In this document: positions 41,299-53,880 of the stretch, piece after piece
Position numbering within the stretch: the first letter of the stretch is position 1
Layout of the letters: each line of letters opens with the position of its first letter
Assembly (NCBI RefSeq): GCF_963921235.1
Contig: NC_086107.1
Coordinates: forward strand, 102,426,001 to 102,490,000
DNA length: 64,000 nucleotides
Direction of reading: 5' to 3'
Source of the DNA: Mobula hypostoma
Lineage: Eukaryota
Translations under genes and position numbers: made by a program
The notes under the pieces: generated by a model
Database searches by the model: none
What the model saw: only the letters and a program-made list of their open reading frames with translations
What the model was told of the DNA's origin: nothing

Positions 41299-42410
41299 TT
41301 TTTTATTTCAGCAAAGCAGTTTGATTAAGATATAAACATGGTATAGTAGTGGTGCGTTTTAAAAGATGCAAGACGAATGTGTGCAGCATTTTTTTTTAAT
41401 AAACATTAGTAGTTGTGAAATTCACTGCCTGTAGAATTGGTGGAAAAGGAAATTCGGGGCTTTCTACGGGACATTGGATGGACCCCGGAGGCAATCATTT
41501 TCTGCGTTATGATATTCTACAGAAGGCTTAGTTATGATAATATTACATAAAGTGAGCCACACAATAAAATAGAGAAAAAGAGGGGCCGTTGATAAATAGA
41601 GAAAACAAGTTCTGAAGTAGTCACTAACTTGGTAGGAAAAACGTTGTTATTGATGCAACACACTCAAAATGCTGGAGGAACTCAGCAAGTCAGGCGGCAT
41701 CTATGAAGAGGAAAAAAACAATCAATTTTTTGGACTGAGTCACTTCATCAGGACTGGAGAAGGGTCCTGCTTGAAATGCCAATTGTTGTTCCTTTTTATA
41801 GATGTTGTCTGGCCTGCTGAGTTCCTCCAGCATTTTGCGTTTGTTACTCTGGATTTCCAACTTCTGAAGAATCTCCTGTGTTTATTGTTATGGACATGGA
41901 GGATTTGGAGAAGGTGCAAATGAGGTTCACCAAGATGCCGACTATTAGCTATAGTGGCTGACTTCCAAGAGGACCACAGCCTTGTTGTGGGGATCGGAGG
42001 TTTGCCTACCTCAATGACCTGGAGAGTTATGTTGGCTGGAGTCAGGGCTTTCTGCTTTGGTTCTTGGTAAGGTCCCCCTTGCCAAACAGGTCAAAGCGTA
42101 GAGGCCAGACTGAGAGTGGTCCACCAGCCCTCCAGGTTCGGGGGTTCAGCTCAGGACTAACAACCCTGATTAGTCAAAAAAAATTGTTACAGTAACAGCA
42201 ATGAAGAATCTTTCCATACGGACAGATGGAGGACCTTCATTGCTGCCCTAATTGGCAGCAGCATAATGGGCAGTAATTATCAGAGGCTGAGGGGAGACAA
42301 GACTGGGTAGATGGGACTGACAGGGTTGCTCTGCAAGGAGCCAGTAAAGAATGGTCACCCCTGTATCATATGATCTTAAAAGAGGTGTTAAGTGATACTG
42401 GACCTCAAGT

Positions 42411-42563
42411 CACAAACGACAAAATCTGCAGATGCTGGAAATTCGAGCAACACACACAAAATGTGAAACCCTTTAGCAGGGTTTTGGCCCGAAACGTCGA
42501 CTGTACTCTTTTCCATAGATGCTGCCTGGCCTGCTGAGTTCCTCCAGCATTTTATGTGTGTTG
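42411..42563. mobile_element. Penelope-derived fold-back short element
   Basis: 13-bp direct repeat CTGGACCTCAAGT (42398-42410, 42564-42576). Inverted arms; partial core GGGTTTTGGCCCGAAACGTCGAC. Confidence 0.8.
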
Positions 42564-42635
42564 CTGGACCTCAAGTGTCAGTTTTATTGGCCAATCAAAA
42601 GGGACCCAGTAGATTCTACATTTGTAACAAAGGCA

Positions 42636-42650
42636 CCAGCAGGGGGTGCT
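42636..42650 (+). promoter_or_regulatory. CTCF-like motif
   Basis: CCAGCAGGGGGTGCT, one mismatch from CCAGCAGGGGGCGCT. Motif match only. Confidence 0.4.
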
Positions 42651-43053
42651 GGGAGTCTGGGAATCAAGTGGAAAGTTTCCTCCAACCCAGCCTGAATGTG
42701 CCGCAGATGATATGTGACCATCAAAAATATGCTTTTAAACACGATTTTAAATCAAAAACCTCTGTGCCAAGATCTCATTTTGTAGTCTTGCTTTAAGTGC
42801 ATCAACTATGACAATGAGGCTGGAAGTTGTTCTTCCCATCATCACAAGGATAATTCTAATACAGAATCAATTTCTATGCCCCTTCTGTTCAATGGACAAT
42901 GGCATCAGAATCAGAAAGCAAGGTAATTAGTGCAAGCAGAAAGGGAGCACAAGGCATCAATGTTGAGCAGTAAAACACACCCATGAACCCCTTGGTTAAT
43001 GGCATTGGTCCATGGCATAAAAAAGGTTGGGAACCCCCAGTAGATGTTGGAAA

Positions 43054-43373
43054 TGTCAGACCTGCACAGGCAGTCGCCTCCCAGTCTCCACCCAGCTAAC
43101 ATGAACACTTGCCACTCATTTCCAACTCATCTCCTGCAGCCTATTTTAACCCAGCTCTCATCCACGAACTTGTTCACCCATCGAACCAGCCAGCCTCAGC
43201 CAGTTGCTCCTAGCCTCAGTTACCTTGTTAACTGTGAGTTTAATATCTGTTCTCTCTAGTTTCGTGGCTCCTTGTGGCTTGTTATTTTGAGGTGATTATC
43301 AAAGGGATACTTCACCGCTGAATTGTTTCCGCTGCTCTGCTTTTGGGTCAAGCCTCCTCTACATTTCCTGACA
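43054..43373 (+). mobile_element. Solo LTR (320 bp) inserted into a Penelope-derived short element
   Basis: TGTCAG...CTGACA termini with a 5-bp TSD GGAAA (43049-43053, 43374-43378). The flanks rejoin as AGATGTTGGAAA-TCCAGAGCAACACAC. Confidence 0.85.
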
Positions 43374-44099
43374 GGAAATCCAGAGCAACACACGCAAAAT
43401 ACTGGAGGAACTCAGCAGGTCGGTCAGCATCTATGAAATGAAATAAACAGTCTACATTTTCGGCCGAGACACTTCAACAGGACTGGAGGGGAAGAGGGAA
43501 GAAGTTGGTATAATAGAGACTATGAGTGGTGTAAGGAGTTCGTTGTCAGGGACAGGTAAAGGGAACAAAAAACATTGAACATTACAGGCCCTTCGGCCCA
43601 CAAAGCCAACCTTTTAACCCACTCTAAGATCAATCTAACCATTCACTCCCAAATAATCCATTTTTTTTTAACCACCCATGTGCCTTTCTAAGAGTCTTTT
43701 AAAGTCTCAATAAATCTACCTCTATCACCAACCCTGGCAGCATGCTTCATGGACCCATCACCCTCCGTGTAAGTAAATAATTTACCTTTGACATCCCACT
43801 ATACCTTCTTCCAAACACTTTAAAATTACGCTCCCTCGCATTTCTGCCCTGGGAGAAAGTCTCTGGCTGTCCTCTCAATCAAGGCTTCTTATCATCTTGT
43901 ACACCCCTGTCATCCTCTCTATACTTTTCTCCAATTGCCTTAAAAGTATGGCCTCCTGTATTAGTCATAGCCACCCTGGGATTAAGACACTGGCTGTCTA
44001 CTCTATGTGTGCCTCTTATCTTGAGCACCCTTGTGTCTATTGCCTTTCATCCACCTTCACTCCAAAGGAGCAAAACCCTAACTTGTTCATTCCCCTAAT

Positions 44100-47030
44100 C
44101 TGTCTTAAGTCCTTCTGCAGACACTGTGCTTCCTCAACACTACCTATTCCTCCACTTATCTTAGAATCATCTGCAAACCTGTCTACAAACATCAATTCTT
44201 TCATCTAAATTATTGACATACAACATAAAAAGAAGCGGTCGCAACACCTATCCCTGCGGCACACCACTAGTCATCAGCAGTCAACCAGAAAAGACCCCCT
44301 TTATTCTTACGCTTTACCTCCTGCCAGTCAGCCTTCTATCCATACTAGTACCTTTCCTGTAATTCCATGGGTTCTTAACTTGTTAAGCAGCCTTATGTGC
44401 AGCACTTTGTCAAAGGCTTTCTGAAACTACAAGTAAAAAATATACACTAACTCTCCTTTATCTATCCTGCCTGTTATTTCCTCAAAGAATTCAAACAAGT
44501 TTGTAAGGCAAGATTTCCCCTTAAGGAAACCATGCTGACCTGGGCCTGTTTTTACCATGTCCCTCCAAGTACCCTGAAGCCTCATCCTTAATCTTTGACT
44601 CCAACGTCTTCCCAATCACTGAAGTCAGGCTAACTGGCCTATAATTTCCTTTCTTCTGCCTCCCTCCATTCTTAAAAAGTGAGATGACATTTGCAATTTT
44701 GCATTCCTCAGGGACCATTCCAGAATCTATTGATTCTTGCAAGATCATTACTAATGCCTCCACAATCTCTTCTGCTACCACTTTCAGAATCCTTGGGTGT
44801 AGTCATCTGGTCCAGATGATTTGTCTACCTTCAGGCTTTTCAGATTCCCAAGCACCTTCTACTTAGTAATAGCAATGACACCCACTATTGCCCCCTGACA
44901 CTCTCACCTTCTGGCATTCTGCTAGTATTTTCCACAGTAAAGACTGATGCAAAATACTTGAGTTCCTCTGCCATTTCTTTGTCCCCCATTACTACCTCAA
45001 CAGCATCATTTTCTAGCAGTTCAAAATCCATTCTCATCTCTTCTACTTCTAATATATCAGAAAAAAATTGTTTTTTATATTATTGGCTAGCTTATATTTC
45101 ATCTTTTCTCTCTGGCTTTTTAGTTGCCTTCCATTGGTTTTAGAAGCCTCCTAATCCTCTGCCTTCCTACTAGTTTTTGCTATGTTATATGCCCTCTCTT
45201 TTGCTTTTGTGCCGCCTTTGACTTTCCTTGTCAGCAACAGTTGCCTCATCCTCCCTTTAGAATACGTCTTCATTTTAGGATGTATTGTTCTTGCACCTTC
45301 TGAATTTCTCCCAGAAACAACAGCTATTGCTGTTGTGCCGTCATCCCTGATAGCGTCCCCTTCCAATCAACTTTGGCCAGCTCCTCTCTCATGCCACTGT
45401 AATTCCCTTTACTCCACTGTAACACTAATTCATTTGATTTTATCTTCTCCTTCTCAAACTGCTGGGAGAATTCTATCATATTACGATCACTGCCTCCTCA
45501 GGGTTCCTTTACCTTAAGCTCCCTAAACAAATCTGGGTCATTACATAATACCCAATCCAGAATTGCTGTTCCCCTAATGGGATCAACAACAAGCTGCTCT
45601 AAAAAGCCATTTCATAGGCATCCAGCACCAAACAGATTTTCCCAATCTACATGCATATTGAAATCCCCCATGATTATTGCAACATTGTTTTTTCATATGC
45701 CTTTTCTATCTCCAATTGTAATTTGTAGCCCAAGTCCTGGCTACTGTTAGGAGGCATGTATATAACTCCCATCAGGGTCTTTTAACCTTCAGTTTCTTAA
45801 CTCTACCCACAAGGATTCTACATCCTCCGATCCTTTGTCACCCCTGTAAGGATTTGATTTCATGTTTTACCAGCAGAGTCTCCTCACCTACTCTACCATC
45901 TGCCTGTCCTTTCGATACAATGTGTATCCTTAGATAGAAAGCTCCCAGCTATGATCTTCTTTCAGCCACATTTCAGAGATGCCCATAATATCATACCTGC
46001 CAAACTCTAACTGCACCACAGGATCATCAACCTTATTCCATATACTATGTGCATTTAAATATAACACTTTTAGTCCTGTAAACATGAGGAATTCTGCAGA
46101 TGCTGGAAATTCAAGCAACACACTTCAAAGTTGCTGGTGAACGCAGCAGGCCAGGCAACATCTCTAGGAAGAGGTACAGTTGACGTTTCGGGCCGAGACC
46201 CTTCGTTTTAGTCCTGTATTCATCAACCTTTTTGATTTTGGCCCCAAATTAGATGTAAACACCCCGCTGACTCCAAATTGGCCTTACTATCTGCCTCTCC
46301 TTCCTCACAGCCTCAGTACACACTGCATCTAGTTGTACACCAACTGCCCTATCCTCAGCACTATTACTCCAGTTCCAACCCCCTTGTCAAATTAATTTAA
46401 ACCCTCCCCAACAGCTCTAGCAAACCTGCCCGCAAGGATATTAGTCCCCTCGGGTTCAGATATAATCCGTCCTTTTTGTACAAATCATACCTTACCCAAA
46501 AGAGATCTCAATGATCCAGAAATCCGAAACCCTGCCCCCTGCACCAATTCCTCAGTTATGCATTCATTTGCCAAATCATTCTATTCTCGCCCTCACTGGC
46601 ATGCAGCACAGGTTGTAATCCAGAGATTACTACCCTGGAGGTCCTGCTTTTCAGGTCTCTACCTAACTCCCTATATTCTTTCTGCAGGACATCCTCCCTT
46701 TTCCTACCTATGTCATTGGTACCATATGCCCCACGATTTCTGGCTGTTCACCCTCCCCTTTAGAAATCTATTGATTGATTTGAGACATCCTTGACCCTGG
46801 CAGCTGGGAGGCAACATACCATCCGGGTGTCTCTTTCATGTTCCCAGAATCCACTTTCTGCTCCTCTAATTATGAATTCCCTTTTCACAACTGCACTCCT
46901 CCTCACCTCCCCTTCCCTTCTGAGCCACAGAGCCACACACACTCCAGAGACCTGGTCGCTGCGGCTTCCCCCGGTGGGTCGTCCCACCCAACAGTATCCA
47001 AAGCAGTATACTTATCATTGAGGGAAATGG
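44100..47030 (-). mobile_element. Long degenerate CR1 LINE (ORF1 esterase-like, endonuclease and RT fragments)
   Basis: ERDTRMVCCLPAARVKDVS (ORF1); LKVLYLNAHSIWNK...ISEMWL (endonuclease); ANVISLFK..GNYRPVSLTSVIGK and QHGFLKGKSCLTNLFEFFEE (RT). Confidence 0.88.
46081..46205 (-). mobile_element. 125-bp Penelope-derived insertion inside CR1
   Basis: 13-bp TSD TTTTAGTCCTGTA (46068-46080, 46206-46218). Begins within the hammerhead core (CGAAGGGTCTCGGCCCGAAACGTC). Confidence 0.85.
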
Positions 47031-47937
47031 CCATATTTCTGTCACACTCAGATGCAGAAGGATTCTTCACTGCTGTTTCTGCAACTATTTTGTTTGACCG
47101 GTCAGGGTTGTTAGCCCTGAGCTGAACATCCACACCTGGAGGACTGATAGACTACTCTTAGTCTGTCCTCTACCCTTTGATGTGTTAGGCATGGGTGACC
47201 CTACCAAGAGCCAAATCATAAAGCTCTGGCTGCAGCCAGCATAGCTGTCCGGGTCACTGAGGCACGCAAGCCTCCAAACCACAACAAGGTTGTGGTCCTC
47301 CTGGAGGGCAGGCAGAAGAGTTTTAGGTTAATTTGGCATTGTGGTCAACTCACACATCATGGGCTGAGGGCCTGTGCCAAAACGTGACTGAAGACTTTTC
47401 ATGAGGGCTCCTTACAAAGGTACGTAAACAAGATTGACAGCTGAGAGACAGTAAAGATAAAGTTGGGGGGCTGGACGAGTGACTGACTGATAGGGTGTGG
47501 TGAATGTTGAACACCAGGTGGCAGTAATGGGGCTCCACCTTCTCTCTGCATTGATGGATGACCGATGACAGAGCAGAATCCTCATTTAATACAAAGATAG
47601 AAATACAAGGTCAGAGCTGATGCAGACAGAGTTAGTGGGTAAGGGCACAGCAGATGCAGGTCAGTGACTTGCAATGTGAGGTCTTGTTTCTCGATCTGAA
47701 AAGACAGATCAGAGTATTTTCTTAATGCTGAAGAACATCGAAATATGAAGGAGTGGAGAGGCTTTCATGTTGTCATGCCCGATGCATTGAAACCTAGCTC
47801 ACGGATTTAAAATGAGTGATTCAAGGGGATAATAAATTACTGGCATTTATAATAATTGGCATTTAGGATGGCATGGCAGCAATCCTCACAACACGCTGGT
47901 GGAACTCAGCAGGTCAGGCAGCATCCGTGGAAAAGAT

Positions 47938-47975
47938 CGGTCGACGTTTCGGACCGGGACTCTTCATCAGGACTG
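47938..47975 (-). ncRNA. Minimal type I hammerhead ribozyme motif in the Penelope 3' pLTR
   Basis: cagtc-CTGATGA-A-gagtcccggtcc-GAAACGTC-gaccg. Helix I is GTC/GAC; helix II is imperfect relative to the family consensus GGG-tctcgg-CCC. Confidence 0.65.
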
Positions 47976-48173
47976 AAGAGGGAAGGGGCAGAGGCCTTAT
48001 AAAGAAGGTGGGGAGAGGATGGGAAGGAGATGGCTGGTAGGTTCCAGGTGAAAAACCAGTAAGGGGAAAGATAAAGGGGTGGGGGAGGGAGGCAGGGAGG
48101 TAGGGAGGTGATAGGCAGCTGGGGGAGGGGGCAGAGTGAAATAGGGATAGGGGAAGGGAGGGGGAGGGAATTA

Positions 48174-48975
48174 GTAGTAGTAGTAGTAGTAGTCATACTT
48201 TATTGATCCCGGGGAAAATTGGTTTTCGTTACAGTTGCACCATAAATAATAGTAATAGAACCATGAATAGTTAAATAGTAATATGTAAATTATGCCAGTA
48301 AATTATGAAATAGGTCCAGGACCAGCCTATCAGCTCAGGGTGTCTGACCCTCCAAGGGAGGAGTTGTAAAGTTTGATGGCCACAGGTAGGAATGACTTCC
48401 TATGACACTCTGTGCTGCACCTCGGAGGAATGAGTCTCTGGCTGAATGTACTCCTGTGCCCAACCAGTACATTACGTAGTGGATGGGAGACATTGACCAA
48501 GACAGCATCCTCTTTTCAGACACCACTGTCAGAGAGTCCAGTTCCATCCCCACAATATCACTGGCCTTACGAATGAGTTTGTTGATTCTGTTGGTGTCTG
48601 CTACCCTCAGCCTGCTGCCCCAGCACACAACAGCAAACATGATTGCACTGGCCACCACAGACTCATAGAACATCCTCAGCATCGTTCGGCAGATGTTAAA
48701 GGACCTCTCCTCAGGAAATAGAGACGGCTGTGACCCTTCTTGTAGACAGCCTCAGTGTTCTTAGACCAGTCCAGTTTATTGTCAATTCGTATCCCCAGGT
48801 ATCTGTAATCCTCCACCATGTCCACACTGACCCCCTGGATGGAAACAGGGGTCACCGGTACCTTAGTTCTCCTCAGGTCTACCACCAGCTCCTTAGTCTT
48901 TTTCACATTAAGCTGCAGATAATTCTGCTCACACCATGTGACAAAGTTTCCTACCGTAGCCCTGTACTCAACCTT
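48174..48975 (-). mobile_element. Rex1/Babar-type LINE 3' fragment nested in the Penelope element
   Basis: KTKELVVDLRR...YRYLGIRIDNKLDWSKNTEAVYKKGHSRLYFLRR; MFYESVVASAIMFAVVCWG. (ACT)n tail, read as (GTA)n on plus at ~48174-48193. Confidence 0.88.
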
Positions 48976-50559
48976 TTACCAGAAGTTGGAGAACTCTATG
49001 TTCATACCAAGGGGCTAGAGACTACCTAGACGGTATATGAGGTGTTGCTCCTCCAACCTGAGTTTAGCCTCATCATGGCAGTAGAGGAGGCCATGTATGG
49101 ACATATCTGAATGGGAGTGGGAAGCAGAGTTGAAGTGGGTGGCTACTGGGAGATCCTGTCTGTTTTGGCAGATGGAGCAGAGGTGCTCGATAAAGCAGGC
49201 TGCGTCGGGTTTCCCCGATGTAGGGGAGGCCGCACCGGGAGCACCGGATGCAATAGATGACCCCAACTGACTCACAAGTGAAGTGTTGCCTCACTTGGAA
49301 GGACTGTTTGGGGCCCTGAATGGTGGCAAGAGAGGAGGTGTAGGGACAGGTGTAGCACTTGCACTTGCAGGGATAAGTGCCAGGTGGGAGATCCGTGGGG
49401 AGGGACATGTGGACCAGGGAGTCACTGAGGGACCGATCCCTGCGGAAGGTGGAGAGAGGTGGAGAGGGAAAGATGTGCTTAGTGGTGGGGTCCTGTTGAA
49501 GGTGGCGGAAGTTGCGGGGGATAATGTGCTGGATCCGGAGGCTGGTGGGGTGGTAGCTAAAGACAAGGGGAACTCTGTCCCTGTTGTGGTGGCGGGAGGA
49601 TGGGGTGAGAGCCGAAGTGCAGGAAATGGAGGAGATGCGGCTGAGGCATCATTGATGACAGCAGAAGGGAAACCACGATCCTTAAAGAAAGAGGACATTT
49701 GAGATGTCCTGGAACGAAAAGCCTCATCCTTGGAGCAGATGTGGCGGAGACGGAGGAACTGGGAAAGGGAATGGCATTTTTACATGTGACGGGGTGGGAA
49801 GAGGTATAGTTGAGGTAGTTATGACAGTCAGTGGGCTTGTAGAAGATGTCAGTGGACAGTCTGTCTCCAGAGATGGAGACCAAGAGATCGAGAAAGGGGA
49901 GAGAAGTGTCCAAGATGGACCAAGTGAATTTGAGGGCTGGGTGGAAGTTAGAAGTAAAGAAATGGCAGCAATGGCTTTACAGCATCAGCCTGTAAGATCA
50001 GGGTTCAATTCCTGTAAGAAGTTTGAACATTCTTCCCTTGACCGTGTGGGTTTACTCCACGTGCTCTGGTTTCCTCCCACATTCCAAAGAAATAGGGTTA
50101 GGCTTAGTGAGCTGTGGGCATGATACATTGCCGTTGGAAGCATGGCGACATTTGCCGGCTGCCCAGCACAATTCTCGCTAATCAGATTTGAAGCAAATGA
50201 TGAATTTCGCTGTACATGTGACAAATGAAGTGAATCTGATCTTTAACAAAGGGATTTAATTGCCATATAGAGGAAGGATGTTCCTGTTGGAAAGAAGCTC
50301 AGGCATGTATCATCTGGAGGAACCTCTGTCTTGAGCAATGAATCTGGACATGAAAAGCACACAGGGCACAATATAGAAGGCCTGCTCCATGCTGTATGTC
50401 AATAAATAATAATTAGTAAACAATAAATAAATAAATAATGTCCCAATTGTAAGTGAGGCCCTGCAGGGTGTCTGATATACTAGGGTAGGAGCTGGTTGTT
50501 TCTGGGACAGAATGGCTTCCGACTGCTCTTACTTATTCTACTTTATTCTGTTGTACAAA

Positions 50560-50772
50560 TCCCTATATCCCATCACACTCCACGTCCCAGACTCCCTTAT
50601 CCCATCGCACTGCACGTCCCAGACTCCCTTATCCCATCGCACTCCACGTCCCAGACTCCCTTATCCCATCGCACTCCACGTCCCTGACCCCCTTATCCCA
50701 TCGCACTCCACGTCCCTGACCCCTATATCCTATCACAGTCCAGGTCCCTGACCCCTATATCCCATCACACTC
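50560..50772. repeat. 32-bp minisatellite, ~6.5 copies
   Basis: Unit ATCCCATCGCACTCCACGTCCCAGACTCCCTT arranged head to tail, with degenerate units at ~50924-50985. Confidence 0.95.
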
Positions 50773-52741
50773 AGAATCAGGATCAGGTTTTTGTCCCTGA
50801 CATATGATGAGAAAGTTGTTTTACAGCAGTAGTACGTACTGTTAAAAAAAACCATTAAAGTCTATAAATTACAGAAATAAATAGTTCGAAAATATGTCCT
50901 GCATGGTGAGAATTCTTAATGATATCCCATCGCCCTCCAGATCCCATCCTCCGATGTCCCATCTGACTCCAGGTCCCAGATTCCAATATCATGAACCCAT
51001 GGCAGAATGATTTCCTACAAATGCCAACACTCTCAAAAGGACTCTCCTGCATATTCTCCTACCACCACAGAGATTGGGGATGAATTGCTCTAGGCAATGC
51101 ATTGCGAGGTGCCTGGTGAATAGAATCCTACAATAGCAGGAGGCCATTCAGTCCATTGTATTTATGCTTGTAGCCCTGGTGAACATTTCCATCATTCTCT
51201 GCTTTTATCATTGGGAGTATCATGTTAGCTGATTAACCTGGTTGGTAAATGAGGCAAGTTTGTTGAATATTTTAATACCTTTATAGGAAAGGAACTCCAG
51301 TGTTTAGGACCAAGGGTCGGCCAGCCGTAGTGAAGTAAATAAAATGCGGAACGACCAAGTTGCCAGATTTGGAGATAAAGGAGGTCACAGAAAAAGTGAG
51401 GCTGAAGTCCTGGAGAGATTTGAAATCGAAATGAGAATGTTAAACTGAAGCACTGCCAAACCGAAGCCATTATGGACAGTGGGGACAAATGACTGGCAAC
51501 TGGCAGGAGACTGGATACGAAGGATAAGGTCGCATTCAGCAAATGAGAAGAGCGAACTAACAATCAGGTAAACATTTTAAAAAATAAAACAGAAGTATTT
51601 ACAACCTATCAATTAATAAACAAGAACTTTGAACAAAAGAAGTACTCTCCAGGTTTCTTTAACTGCTTTGTTGGGCTTGGCTGACCTTTTGTTTTACTTC
51701 TGTGCTTCCTTCCATAAATTCGTTGTTGAAGTTGTCATGGGACACCAGACAGTATTATTCACTGAAAAAGTTTTGTAAGCACAGTGTTTTGTTTAGGAGT
51801 GCCATACTTCAATAGAAGGAGCTCTGAATTGTACAAGTCATTTGCATCTGTGTTACTGTAAACCCAGAGCCTGCTGACTGCAGATGCACCAGGTCCCTTC
51901 CTGGTCAGAAAGCCTGGAGATTAGGTCTAACTATATAGAGTGTTAGTAAAGAACTCCCCTTGCCCCAAGCTTCGTAGGGTGACATTGACTTTGACAGAAA
52001 TCATTTGAAGAAGGTATTCTATAATTGTCACTAATAAACTCATCCAAGAAAAATATTGTTCTGGGATCAGAGGTAATATGGAGGGGAAGTGTTTTTCCTT
52101 CTCAAAACCGAGGATAATCTGAGGAGAGGATAATGCCAGTGCATGGACCCATTCAATACGGAGCCATTACAAACCAACTGGACATAGTCTTAGCAGAGCG
52201 AAGTCTTGATCCAACAGTTAAAGAGCTGAATCTAGGCTCTCAGCAGTTTAATATGTATTGACAAGCATGCCCAAATAAACTCTGAACACACCAAACAAAC
52301 TTGCTCTTGAGGCTCTGCACCTCTCCTACATCTCCACCTTAATTCTCCTGACTCTTCATTTCCCCCTCCCTTAGTCTTCCTACTTCTTTCACCTTCTCCC
52401 TCTCTCAGCTCCCTTCTAATTCCTTCCACAGCAAGAAACAAAGAAGTCTACAGGAAATCCTATAGTTAAAAGTTCATGTTCAGAACTTACAGTTCAAGAC
52501 AAGAGCCATTTTAATAGGGAAGAAGGGAAATGGCAGAGCAATTAAACTAATATGTTGTGTCTCTGTTCACACAATAAGATACAGAAAGCCTCCTGGAAAT
52601 GGCAGAGGATGATACAATTTTCCTATTTCCATACAACAGAAGAGGCCATTTTAGTGTTTGTCAGCCCACAGAAACAGCCTATTCCTCACTAAATTCCCCC
52701 CCCTCCATCTAATCTGCTATTAATCGTCTCATTAACTCCTC

Positions 52742-52959
52742 CTACAAAGAAGAGAAAATCTGCAGATGCTGGAAATCCAAGCAATACACACAAAATGCTG
52801 GAGGAACTCAGCAGGCCAGGCAGCATCTATGGAAAAGAGTACAGTCAATGTTTCGGGCTGAAACCCTTCAGCAGTCCTCGGTCCAAAACGTTGACTTTAC
52901 TCATTTCCATAGGTGCTGCCTGGCCTGCTGAGTTCCTCCAGCATTTTGTGTGTGTTGCC
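52742..52959. mobile_element. Penelope-derived fold-back short element
   Basis: 12-bp TSD CATTAACTCCTC (52730-52741, 52960-52971). Two inverted arms meet at degenerate hammerhead cores. Confidence 0.85.
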
Positions 52960-53880
52960 CATTAACTCCTCTCTTGGTTTAGGGTGTAGAATTGTTATTT
53001 TTCTAGTAGTTTAACTGTTGTGTATTTAATGTTTCAATAATATTTGTGTAATCTTGTATATATTATTTCAGTATTCTTGTTCAATTAATTATGGGTTATA
53101 AAAATAAGTTAATTGCTTATGTCATCATGCATGCATGCCTGGCTTAAAGTAAAGGCAAGGTTAGACCCACATTTCAGACTCCCGTGTCTTCCTTTCAGTT
53201 AAATTAATGTTTTGAAGTTACAAAACATAACATTAACTTTCCTATGCTTGCTTTTATTTGTATATACATATTATATGTGTATAATATTCAGGGAATTTTC
53301 CAGTAACTAGTACAATTGCATCTGTACTTTTTGAGAAGCTTCTCAGTTTTTCTGCAGCAGGTGTCTTGACCCTTGAATCTGGCTATTTTATATGTTAATT
53401 CTTATCACTGGAATTGAGTTTGTCTCTAGTTTGAGTACAAGCTAACCACCTCTTCCTTTTCTTTGTCTTTTCTTTGTTCCTCATTCTGCTAACATTTAAC
53501 AAAATGGCCATAAGCAACAAGACTTTTGCCTCACTCGTTACTTCCTAAGAACATCTGGATTGCAAAACCATCAGGATCTAACACCACTCCCCCCAAGATT
53601 CTACCACGTCCACACACATAGGGGAAATGTACAGTGGACAAATAATCTACTCATCTTTGGGATGTGGGAGGAAGTCCAAACAGCCACTGGAAGAATGTAG
53701 AAACTCCCATCCACACAGATATCACTCATGGTCCGTATAGATCAACTCCCACTCACCTGCTATTTGTTCAGAGCCCCAAATTTGGAATCTTCTTGCTCAG
53801 TGCATTGAAAAAAATTCAGGAAACCCCTTTAAAACAAAAGTAACAGCCCTATATTTGAACCCTTGTATCATTCTTCAAGT

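Larger units (their letters stand above)
47885..49955 (-). mobile_element. 5'-truncated Penelope-like retroelement (RT thumb, GIY-YIG endonuclease, 3' pLTR with hammerhead motif)
   Basis: SLPFLDLLVSISGDRLSTDIFYKPTDCHNYLNYTSSHP (PLE RT). FTCESVGVIYCIRCSRCGLPYIGETRR (GIY-YIG). Frameshifted, and split by a Rex1 insertion at ~48174-48975. Confidence 0.92.

Noticed and set aside
50560..50772. CRISPR-like array (32-bp period)
   Set aside because: Units are contiguous with no unique spacers, there are no cas genes, and the context is vertebrate. It is a minisatellite.
51287..51568. Plus-strand exon candidate (tttatag|...cag|gtaaac)
   Set aside because: Stops occur in all three frames and the sequence resembles a decayed LINE. 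It could only be a non-coding exon, and there is no evidence for that.
52985..53232. Possible solo LTR (TG...CATAACA)
   Set aside because: No matching TSD and an ambiguous left end.
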